Source: Octopus bimaculoides
Lineage: Eukaryota
Assembly: GCF_001194135.2 (NCBI RefSeq)
Contig: NC_068997.1
Span: forward strand, 33,588,505-33,639,762
Direction of reading: 5' to 3'
DNA length: 51,258 bases
Below, in pieces: positions 10,461 through 21,856 of this stretch (within the stretch, counting starts at the first letter, position 1; every line of letters starts with the position of its first letter). The position numbers and the translations under genes were made by a program. The notes below the pieces were generated by a model, which saw only the letters and a list, made by a program, of their open reading frames with translations, was not told the DNA's origin and ran no database searches.

Positions 10461-12000
10461 CTAACAAAACAAGCCTTAGAAAAGCAAACTTACTTGCAAG
10501 CTGAACACTTATACTGATTGTTAATAACTTTTGCGCATTTAAGGTGGTGAGCTGGCAGAATCGTTAGCACACTGGGTGAAGTGCTCAGTGGCTTTTCGTT
10601 CATCCTTACATTCAGAGTTCAAATTCTACCAAGGTCAGCTTTGCCTTTTGTCCTTTCAAACTTGCTGGCTTTGTGCCAAAATTTGAAACCAACATGTTTT
10701 GTATGTTCAATGTGATTCTCTGTATGGATGCATTGAATTTTTTTTCTCCATCATAATCTATTGCATTTGTTTCCCAACTTTTCACTCAAATATTACCAAT
10801 TTTTTTAGATTAGATTTTAAGCTGTTTTTACTTCCTTAACTTTGGTTTGAGAGAAGGGTTGTTTTCTGAGAACATACTTCTTTCTAGAATCCTTTCATTT
10901 TCCTTACCGACTTTTTCACCAACTTACTTAAACCTGCTATGTTGCAAGAGAACTTCTTGGTTTACAATGTTCACTTACTTTACTTCAAAACTGCAACATC
11001 TCTCCAAGATATAAGCAAAATTTGTTAAAAACACTTTTGTTGAAAAGACTCCAACTCTTTAACAACATGTTTTCAGTATAGCATCCATGTTGCAGAGACA
11101 CAAAAGAAAATAAACTAAATGCATGTTTTGAAAATAGATATTTTAGTGTTATTTGTTTTTAGATATTGTTAAAACCATAATGAAGATTATAATTTTCGAA
11201 AGATATTCATCTTGATAATACTAAAACTCTAGAGATGTTTGTGTGTACCTGAAATATTTCAGAAATAGTATTTTTTATCTCAATATATTTTTGCATATTT
11301 ATTTTCATACTTACCTTTGGTAGTGCAGTACAAATTTTTGTGATATTTGGGATTCTATTTATTAAGGAAAATGATTAAACAATTTTTGTTAGTTATTTCT
11401 TGATGAAGAAAACAAACTTCACTGCCGTGACGTCAACACATGTACATATAATGAATGTCATGGCATGTCAATCAACACAAACACACGTCTGCTATCTGTG
11501 ACATATACACACACATAGTCTTCGTGTCACTAAGAAAAAAAAAACCTTGACTTTTTGACGTACACAACATTTGTTATCATTTAGAAATATTTTTAACTGA
11601 ATGTGATTTCAAAAATGTTATTTGTACAGTAAGTATTTATATTTTAGCTTTCTTTAAACAGACAATAATTAAATTAAAAAAAAAAAATTTTCAAGTGAAT
11701 GGTGATCTGTTGCTTATCATCTGGAGTTCGCTAATTTCCGACAAAAATTCTTATTTATTTACTTTTGTGAAAGAGAGGAGAAAGTGAAAGATGTATGTAC
11801 ATGTATATGAAATGGACGTGTGTGTGAAAGAGAGAGAGAGGAAGAGAGGAAAAGAGAGAGTGTGAGTGAAGGGGTGTGTTGTCATATACGTACATACATC
11901 AATACATATGCGTACATCTTTTTTGTATGTATGTGTGCATGTGTAAGAGAGAGAGAGAGAGTGAGTGAATGTGTGTGTTCTCATGTACGTGTAAGTGGCA

Positions 12001-12035
<35 letters not shown>

Positions 12036-12229
12036 GTCCATTTCATATACACATTCATACATCTTTCACTTTCTCCTCTCTTTCACTTTAAAACAAAAGT
12101 AAATAAGTAAAAAAATTTTTATGGAAATTAACAAATAAAACCAGCTGATCGGGATGACAGTTCCGAGAGTCAGAGCAAAAGATCGCCTCAAGGTAATACC
12201 ATAACAATGAATTTTTCAAGTGCATTCAA

Positions 12230-12830
12230 TGTATCTCAGCTCCAAAGATTTGGCTGCTATTTCTTACACGCCCTGCTACCAGGTAACAGCTATTTGCAAT
12301 AAAGGACCTGAAATACCTGTTATGTGGTAGCAGGGCATGCAAGAAATAAATAGCAGCCAAATCTTTCCTTTTCTGGGGAAAGGAGCCGTTTACGCATGAT
12401 TTCAATGTCACATTTGTTGAAAGCATGAGAAATAACCTGGAAAAGAAGAAAAAACCCACGAATCAAAATTCTGTTGCTAGGAAACTCAGACTTTCCAGGT
12501 GACCCAACGGGTAACAGGTGGTCTAGTAACTTCTGAATTCCATGAGCAATTTCATCACTAACATTTGCATGTGTGTTCAATATGCTACCAAAATATTTAA
12601 AGGAAAATATATTTTCCAAGTTTTACTTGAGACTGTTATATAAACTGCTTATGCCACCACCACTATTGGAAAATGAGCCTGAACATTCACTACCATCTGC
12701 AACACATACTTTCATCGCATCAGGAAAAGTACCAGACCTCTTATCAGGCTTCCAGAAATTCAAGAATACTGAGCAATATCATTCAATATATACTGTACCC
12801 TGTATTGAGTAAATAAACCCTGTTTTTGAT
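12230..12830 (-). mobile_element. Decayed RTE LINE fragment (RT C-terminal part)
   Basis: FKYFGSILNTHANVSDEIAHGIQK, cf. FKYLGS.L...DDEI..RIQKA. Confidence 0.7.
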
Positions 12831-12944
12831 GTTGGTTAATTTGCATAGTGTGTTAAGATAATTTTGTTCTTTACTTTTTTTGTATGAATTGATAAAGATT
12901 AAAAATACTCTGCTTTAAAATTAATTTGTGCATGTATCTTTTAT

Positions 12945-13597
12945 CTTTTACTTATTTCAGTTATTTGATAGCAGCCATGCTGGGGCACTGCCCTGAATAA
13001 ATTAACTCTAGGACTTTTTTAAGCCTGGTACTTATTCTATCAGTCACTTTTGCCAAACCACTAAGTTACTGGGATGTAAACACACCAACACCAGTTGTCA
13101 AGTGGTGATGGGAGACAAAGACAGACACACATACACATATGTATATAAGAAGAAAAAAAGAGACTAAAAAATTCAGGCAGATATCTATAAAGCACTCAGT
13201 TTTAAATGAATTTGGTTAACTATATCCAACAACCAGACACCAATAAATGCAAGTAGAAAACACATCCAAGGTAATGCCTCATGTATGACAAGTAGATCCA
13301 AATATCGTTTAGAAGCATTTCTAGAAATTCAGACTATTAGACAACAAATATGTGGATAGAGATTGTTGGCTTTATATGGTGAATTTTACAATTAAAGATG
13401 TGATTTTCTCTATCCAAATTTTTGTTGTTATACACACACACATATACACGACAGATTTCTTTCAGTTTTCATCTACCACATCCACTCACAAGGCTTTGGT
13501 CAGCCCAAGGGTATAGTAGAAGACACTTGTCAGCTGTGGGACTGAACCCAGAACAATATGGTTGGGAAACAAGTTTCTTACCACACAGCTGTGCCTA
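12945..13597 (-). mobile_element. tRNA-derived SINE family A, interrupted in its TA tract
   Basis: Same body and head as the other copies, with an unrelated insert of about 280 bp at 13145-13425. CpGs lost. Confidence 0.75.
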
Positions 13598-13759
13598 TCT
13601 GTTAAATGAAATCATGTTCTTTACTATTTTTCATCTAATTTTCACTCTATAAACATTACACTGTATACACGATACAGTATGATATATTTTAAGAATTTAA
13701 GTGGATTAGTAAATATCAAGCAGATACTGCTTTAGAGGAGTATTAATTTGAATCTATTA

Positions 13760-14015
13760 AATACAATTTAATAGATGGAAGGGATAGATGAGGAGCGGAT
13801 GGTAAGGTGGATGATGAAGGCTGAAGTAGTGGGCAGCAGAATTAGAGACAAACCTCGGTTTGTGTTGATGGGTAGAGTGAGGAAAGCTTTGGTAGTTAGA
13901 GGTGTTGGAGTGAGAGAGACAAGAGAGTTTATAAATGATAGGAAAACTTGGAGTGTTTGTGGATGGATGAGTGAATTTGATGTTGTTCAAAAGGGTATGG
14001 AACCAGCATGATGTG
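13760..14015 (+). mobile_element. RTE LINE ORF C-terminal remnant
   Basis: MEGIDEERMVRWMMKAEVVGSRIRDKPR...DRKTWS, cf. RM.EER...G.R.RGRPR...DR..W. Confidence 0.7.
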
Positions 14016-14299
14016 GCGGAAGTAAACCAGCATATGCTGTTGGGCCCCACTGCTGATATTGGGGGTGCGTTCTATGCCTTGGCCTAAGCATAGAACAGGG
14101 CTTACCTCTTTGAGCTGGGAAATGAATGGAATGCTTGGGGAATAGGCCTGGGTATATATAAAAAAAATAAATAAATACAATTTAGTTCTTTACATTTNNN
14201 NNNNNNNGGGAAATGAATGGAATGCTTGGGGAATAGGCCTGGGTATATATAAAAAAAATAAATAAATACAATTTAGTTCTTTACATTTCATAGCTAATT

Positions 14300-14500
14300 T
14301 TATATTTTAGGTATATACTTAAGATGTCTTCAAGAAACGGGAAAATGCAAAATTCCTTGTCACTTCTGGTCCCTAGCTTGCAGGATATTCGGTCTGTTAT
14401 TGTACTTAAAAATTTGTCAGGATAACTAACTTTGCTGAGAATTTCCCATAATGCAACACAGTTCAATGAATTAAAGGCCTTAATGAGGTCAATGGAGCAA
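14300..14500 (-). mobile_element. Decayed RTE LINE RT fragment
   Basis: KAFNSLNCVALWEILSKVSYPDKFLSTI, cf. KAFDTVNREALW.IL.K.GCP.KF. Confidence 0.7.
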
Positions 14501-17033
14501 TGATAGATGTTTGGGCTGTAGCTATGCTGGGTTTTAGTTAATTACATTGACACCCAGACCTTATTTTAAGTTAGGAACTTTCTTTTTATCATATTGGTAA
14601 GTAATGAGACATAACCCAGACGACATGTTTTCAGACAGTATTAAACATAAAAACAGATGTGGACACTGTAATATACCAACACACACACACACACACACAT
14701 CATATCATCATCATAGTTACAGTGCTCATATAGTCCCAAGCAAACATAGACATCTTCTCAATCCCTCTGCTTTTAGCTCAGTAGAACATCCAGGATATAA
14801 GACATGAAAGGAAAATATACCAGCATTAAGCCAGTACAACCCCAAAGGATGAAAGGTAAACTTGACCTTGGTGGAGTTTGAACTCAGTGTGCAGAGAGTT
14901 GGAAGAAAGTTTTCAATTAATTTACCAGTACTCTAATGACTCTGCAATTGACCAATTACACACATGCATGCACATCTATTGTTAGAGCCCGGAGGACTAT
15001 GATGAACAAGGGGGGACTGAGAACCAATCCCTTGTGAACTCCTACCTGCACTCTAAATTCATTGCTGCACTTGTGGCTTACTCTCACCTTACTGCAACAT
15101 CCCTGTACATCTACCCCTTAGCTTCTTCATATGCCACCAAACCACAAAGTAAATGACTCAGTGAAAGGCTTCCTCCAAGCTGATGAGGATGTGTGTAAAA
15201 ACAAATATATAACAAAAACCCTGTTCCAGGAAGATGAGTGATGTTTTGTATTAAGTGATATTTTGTATTTACTGGTGAGTGCAAAGTTACTTAAGTTTGT
15301 GTGCTGATATTTTAGACAAATTCCTTTGTCAGAGTGTAAGGAAAGTTTTTGCTTGTCCTAAATCCATGAGAGCATCAATATAGAGGGGGGAAGAACTGGG
15401 AAATAGCTGAAAATTAGCTGTTCTGCATGCAGAGGAGGAAAGTGGCAAGAGAGAGAAGAGTTATAGGAGAGAGTAAGAGGAGGAGAATTTGGAAGCAGAG
15501 AGAAAATAAGAAGGACATAAGAAAGAAAGGATTAGAATGAGAAGGAAGGGAAGGAATATTGATAAGGTTAAGGCAGAAACTGTTTATTTCATTTCTTTGC
15601 TGGCCAGCAGCAAGAATTTTGTCAATAACATTATTCACACACGAATAGCTGGAATCAACCTGCTGGCACTCACCCCCCACCCGACTATGCCGCAATGTGG
15701 CTTGCAAAGATACTTGCATAATTTGGTTCCTTCTTAATACTTATAGCAATTTCATTGACTCATGTCTAAAGCTTCACTTGAATAAGTGAACCAATTGGAT
15801 GTGAAGATGAATTTAGAGTAGTAGAGGAGGGTATGTATTGACGGTGGTGGTTTAGGAAGTGCTTAAAGACAAATAGTCTGTTACTATGAGGCAGTGCCAT
15901 GAGGGAGTGAATATAAGTTTGGAATGTCCTGGAGAAAAAAAAAAACACAAGCTGAAGAATTTAGAATATGGTTGCTGTCCTTAATGTGTGTTAGTAAGGC
16001 AGAGATGAGNNNNNNNNNNGCAGAGATGAGTAATGATAGCATTTGTTGAGGCACCATGAGAGCAGTTCAGTGAGACAGTTACAAATGGACATAAGAGAGT
16101 GGCGGGATTGTGGATTTGGGGGAGGATGTAAATGGTGGAAATGTTGGGTGTGGTTAGGTTGACAGAAGAAATTTATTTATATATGGTTGTGGAGCGTGCT
16201 TCTTATTGTGGCAGTTAATGTCCTTAGGAAGCTTGTTGTAGAAGAGAGGGTTGGTGGACTGCTTCTTACTTGAAAATGTTGGTCCAGCAAACCATTATGA
16301 TGTCATTCAGTTTGATAATGATAACATCCCAGTTACAGAGTTTCCAGGTAGTGTTAAGTTCTAATGGAGAATACTTTAATCTCCTGCGCCACTTTTTCAA
16401 ATCAAGAATACTTAAATCATTGTGGCATTTGTTGACAAACTAGTCAACTGAGCAGTGTAAAGTCCATGCTGGATGTCAAGCTAGAATGATGTCTTTTGAA
16501 ATTGGTTTCAACATTCTGTTATAGAAGACCTTTAATTGACCTCGGTAGAGGAAACACCCAGTTTTAATATCAGTGAATGTGATTTTAATACAGTATTATA
16601 AAATTAAGGGCCATGTTCAGTTAAGCAAAGTGAAATCCTGTTTCTCTAAACAGCCAGAACAACTTTTTCAGGCAACCATGATTGGTAGTTGTTTAATCAT
16701 ACTTTCTGCTTAGAGAAACAGGATTTCATGTGATTAACTCTGCTTGACTGAACATTATTCTGCTATTACTTTATACTGAATGTGCTTTTTTTTCTGTGAC
16801 TTATGAACCCACTCCACCCAAATAATACTGTTCTGAGAAGTCAGCTTACAGCATCATACTTCTAATGATTTCCTGAAGAGGGATCTTAACCCCAAAATAT
16901 TGAAATACAAGGTAAAAGTACAAACCATTAATTTGTATTATTTCTTATAACTTGCATTGTTTTGGCTTAAAAAAAAAAATCAAAATCATTTTATCTAAAT
17001 CAGACAATGCTTCATGCAAAGTATATGGTTTTG

Positions 17034-17619
17034 TAATAAAAACAGACAAATGAGTTATGTGGTATTTTGAAATAGTTTCATCAACAGTCTGTATTGAAAC
17101 ATAAACATAGTACAGTCAGCTCTGCAATATGTGCAACATCCATAAGATTATATATGTTATGCAACTCTCATCTCATCGGGCTAACCAAACAAACACATGA
17201 ACTGTGACCTGTTGGATTAATGTGCCTCGATACTTTATGAATCCCCTGAAATCAAAACTATGCATACCATGAATTGGTTGGACAGAATGATGCAAAACAG
17301 ACAGTTAATTAATCCATCATCATAACATGTGATGCATTTGATAAAGGGAAGTTCATTGCTGTTAGGTAATCCACAGCTCCAATAGTATCCAAAAGTATAC
17401 CATGCTGAATGAAACCTTAAGTGTGGCATAAAAGCATAATAAAAACAGACAAATGAGTTATGTGGTATTTTACAATTGTTTCATTAAGAGTCTGTATTGA
17501 AACATAAACATAATACAGTCAGCTGTGCAATATGCACAACATCCATTACATGTGTTGTGCAACTCTCAACTCATCAGGCTAACCAAACAAACAAGTGAGC
17601 TGTGACATGTTGGATTAAT
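17034..17619 (+). repeat. Diverged tandem duplication of about 185 bp (17034-17221 and 17437-17619), period about 403 bp
   Basis: Both copies run TAATAAAAACAGACAAATGAGTTATGTGG...GTTGGATTAAT. Confidence 0.9.
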
Positions 17620-18229
17620 CAACAGATTATTAATAAATGAAATTTCTAATCTGAATAACCAACATTTAAAAAATATAAAGTGGGTGGGACTACAATCTGT
17701 CACTTCAATGATGGTGGAGAGCAGAATGAGAATGTATATGAAGAACAGTTAAAGGCTTAAAAGTATTTCTATTCCAAAAATGTCATTAGACTTAGCAACC
17801 TCATTCATCAAGGCTAGTAGTGGCAGAACATGCTTGTATATCAGTGGATGGTAAGCACTAAGCATGACATCTAACTCTGTTGAAACATGTCAAAGAATAG
17901 CTGCAGACTTTAATCTAAAAAAAAAAAAAAAAAAAAGAAGACATTTACAGTGTTATATTGCATTAGAGAGTTAACTACACTAAGGATTGTCATGGTTAAT
18001 AAATTCCTGTATTATTCACTTGATTAATTAATCTTGATAAAAGTACTCTGATTAACTATTGAAGAACTAATAGAGTATTAGTTCTAATCAATGAAATTTC
18101 AGCTAATTATAATTCAAGGAGAAAAACTTAGGGAAAACCATAGATCAGTGAAGTTCCCTTGAAATTTCAGAGGGGGGAGATAAGCAAGAAAAGAAATAAT
18201 AGAAAGATAATAGGATAAATCAAATAGAG

Positions 18230-18895
18230 TGAGTGGTAAATGGTTGTGATGAAAGACAATGCTCTTATGATTAGCAAGTAATAGATGCTTCTGGTAGATT
18301 GCTGTGTTTAATTTGTTCAGCTGGTCACAGTACACAATACACCTGAATTGATGGTTCATGGCAAAAAGCTCATAACAGACAACACCTTTCCAATACCACC
18401 AAATTGAAAGTATAACCTTCTTCAGGTGATATCCTGCTGTGGAGGTTGTTTGTAGTGGTTCACAGCACTTCCTCCATGATCGTTTGTTTGTGTTTTGCAT
18501 TGTTATAGATGATCCATTTTTCATCCCGTCACCATTTACTTTAAAAAAGGATTGTTTTATTCATGTTTCTGCAATTCATTAATGTGGGATCCAAACGTTG
18601 AGCCTGCTGACATAACCAAGTTGATACAGATGGTTTTCAACGCTTGATATCGATATTTAGGGAATATCTGTGATTATCCTAGTTGTATAATGGTACCACT
18701 GTTAATCTCGGCTGACCAAAATGAGGTGCATCTTGAACTGAAAAACTTCCCAATCAAAATCTTGAAAACCACATCAATAACAGCATCCTCTCCATACACA
18801 GTTCATATCTTCCTGCAGGTTTCCACTGCTTTCCTGCCTTTTTAAAAATTAAAAAAAAGCACGAGGTGTTCATAATGTTCATTTTGATTCTCCAT
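18230..18895 (-). mobile_element. Decayed mariner (Mos1-like) transposase
   Basis: Starts MENQNEHYEHLVLFF at 18895; contains VTG(D)EKWIIYNN and KKVILSIWWYWKGVVCYEL...YCDQLNKLN...IVFHHN (ORF 18114..18524). Frameshifted. Confidence 0.9.
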
Positions 18896-19419
18896 TCTCA
18901 GGGTGATCCCAAACACACAAAATACCTATTTTGTTGCGAGTTCGTGTCGAGCTACATTGAAGTGTCGAGTATCTACTAACAAGTGTTTATGTGCAAGGGA
19001 CAGGCTGAAGCTAGTTACTTGTTAGAGTGCTTAAAGTTTAGAGTCAATAAAAACCAAATATATAGTTGATCAGTATATTACTGTTTATGGTATATAACTA
19101 GTCACAATGTTACTGTTGGTTTCATGTCAACTACTGCACTTTGCAATATCGACAATTCTTCAGACATATTGGCCAGAAGCGCTTCCAGCTGTTGTGAAGT
19201 GCAGTAGTTGATATGAAATTAATGGTAACATTCTGATCAGTTATATATCATAACTAGTAATATACAGCTCAGCGGTATACAAATATAACCTCTCGCTTTC
19301 TCGTGTTGGGTGAACTTTTCCAGACTTACGAATAACTGAGAAATACACACACACACGCACATAAATGATCTCTTCTCTCTCTATATATATTTACATACAT
19401 ACAAATAACACATATTAAT

Positions 19420-19466
<47 letters not shown>

Positions 19467-20119
19467 TTTAATTTGAATTTAACATATGTTTGTTATTCAT
19501 ACACAAATGTCTGTGCTGGTGTGCCGACTGTTACCCTTAAGGGGTGTATAGTAAAGGTTTATAGTAGAAGTTTAAGGGATGAACCTAATATAGTATGAAG
19601 GCATGGTCTAGATGCACGTAGGCCTTTTACATTAGCAAACAAAAATTTAGAATACATACCGGCTAATAACCTATATAATAATAGCTAGTATGTATGTTAT
19701 AAATTAACAGATAACCTAAACAACAGCGAGCAGCTTGGTAGCTATTATGATATAAGAAACGTCTTCTGCTAGGTTGTAATGTCTATATGGTAAATTTAAG
19801 AAAATTCGAAGCGCGGGAACTGTAGATGAATCATATCACCCAGATTCATCAACAGATCAAATACAGCAAAAACGAAAGTTAGAGAAACCGAAAATACATC
19901 GGAAGAAGTTAAAAAAAAAAAAAAGAGCTAAACCAATGTTGGCGATCTCATCCCAGTCTCAATCACCAGACATTTGTATTACCAACACGTTAGCTTACAA
20001 TAAATTAAACATGAATAAGTAAATAATTAAAACCGCCATATATNNNNNNNNNNNNNNNNNNNNNNNNNNNNNNNNNNNNNNNNNNNNNNNNNNNNNNNNN
20101 NNNNNNNNNNNNNNNNNNN

Positions 20120-20166
<47 letters not shown>

Positions 20167-21243
20167 GAGTCAAAGGCGAAGACTGTGAGTGTTCGATCGG
20201 CTAGAAATAGCAGCCAAATTCACCCTGCTATCTTGAAAAGAGAGGGACATTGGGGAGAAGGTAGTCCTAGATATGCAATATCGAGGAGGAGGAGGATCGA
20301 ATGGCTATGGTTGGATTGAGGTTGATTTAGGATTGCACAATAGCAATAATACACAGAAAAATTAGATCAATATTGAAGGATTGACCATATAAACCAGAGA
20401 CCAGTGAACAATCATATCCATTGCTTGTATTTATTACTGGCAATAATAAAAAATATTTTTAAATGTCTGTACACTATTTGGGTGTCAAGAAAAAAAGCAA
20501 ATATTTTTCATGGAAGAAAAATATTTTCAAAAATTATTTGAGCGCTTGAAAAATTCATTGTTCTCATTTAATACAAAAAGACAAAATAGATCTTTTTATT
20601 ATTTTACTCACCACATATTAAACACACGGTTATGGATGAGTGATTCTATAGAATTGACACTAAAACATCTATGTATATCATCAACGTCTACAAATATTAT
20701 TTTCTTTAAAATAAAGTGTTCTGAAAGACAGTTTAAATAAAGAGCATTGCTACTTTCATTGTCTTATACACATTCCCTGTATATCAGACAAAAGACAAAC
20801 TATGTTTATTTTATGCGTGACTTTTGGCCAACCCTGTGTGTGTGTAAGACTTGCTTCAATTTGAAAGAAAAACTGAATAAAACAAATAAAATAATGAATA
20901 CACACGCACTTGTACATGAGGAACAAAATGAATAATAACGTAGTATGCCAAATATTTAGGTGCGTGACTTTTGGCCCACCTTCTATAATATATGCACGTG
21001 TATTATGTCTATATATTATATAGATCTTATTTTATATGCGTGTGTGATTTACCATGTGTATTTTCATATTATCTATATTTCTTATTTTTATCCATCAATC
21101 TATCACTACTTGAGTAAAGCTTAAGTTTCAAGCAAGTATATAATTCATTTGTTAGAAACTCAAGCAACATCAGATTAGCATTTCAGGTTCCTGAAAATGA
21201 ATTAATTCTACGATAAACATTAATTACTCCCTTTCCCTCTCGT

Positions 21244-21486
21244 TTATATACGTATAGATATTTTTATACGTCTACGCATAAATATTAGTGTGTGTATATA
21301 TATATGTGTAAGTGTATCACAAGCTGCGGGTCTATGTATATATATATATGTGTGTATGTATCTCGGTGCGTGTGTGTAGAGTTCATAGTCCGCCACATCA
21401 GTGTTGTAGTTTAACGGAATCTTTGAATAAAAAAAACGAACAGCTTTTTCGATCTTATTCTGAATCTGATCACATGTACTTAAAAC
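21244..21486 (+). promoter_or_regulatory. Probable AGPS promoter/5'UTR region, locally CpG-rich
   Basis: CpG dinucleotides are conspicuously retained from about 21240 to 21670 relative to flanking DNA, immediately upstream of the ATG. The TSS cannot be determined from sequence. Confidence 0.45.
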
Positions 21487-21668
21487 ATGTCGGACGACAA
21501 ACGTGTACCCGACGTGAACGAAAGTGTCAGGACTTCCAGTGTTCCCCAACACGCGACAGATAGTTCTGAAATAATAACAGACACAGTGAAAGTGCAAATG
21601 AAAGACTCTAGAGATAATTTTGATAAATTATATGTCGATCAAGAGGCACCTACGATACCAAAACGCCG
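21487..21668 (+). CDS. AGPS: AGPS coding exon 1 (MSDDKRVP...APTIPKR), ends phase 2
   Basis: ATG at 21487 in AACATG context, with an in-frame TAA at 21481. Ends ...TIPKR, matching IPKKR of vertebrate AGPS. Donor CG|GTTAGT at 21669; CG plus the first base (A) of exon 2 gives Arg. Confidence 0.85.
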
Positions 21669-21847
21669 GTTAGTCACACTGATTCTCTTGAATTATGTTT
21701 CTTACTATTTTTTTTATTTGCCCCTCCCCTTTTGTTATTGTAAAAATTTATTTATTATACCAGCTGCAAATTATTATAGCGGTGAAATTCACATTTTTAC
21801 ATAATTGTCCGAATATCAATGTCTAGATTCTACTCGAGAAATGTTAA

Positions 21848-21856
21848 CCGGAAGTG
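21848..21856 (+). promoter_or_regulatory. ETS/GABP-type motif CCGGAAGTG in AGPS intron 1
   Basis: Exact consensus match 180 nt downstream of the exon 1 donor. Motif match only. Confidence 0.3.

Noticed and set aside
15174-15215. CTGATGAG at 15180 as another hammerhead
   Set aside because: No convincing stem II and no following GAAA; at most a highly decayed relic.
17235-17429. Minus-strand ORF as an upstream exon of the 10.3-kb segment
   Set aside because: The frame that would splice in phase 2 (HGILLDTIGAVDYL...) contains a TAA. The open frame ends in phase 0 and is not recognisable.
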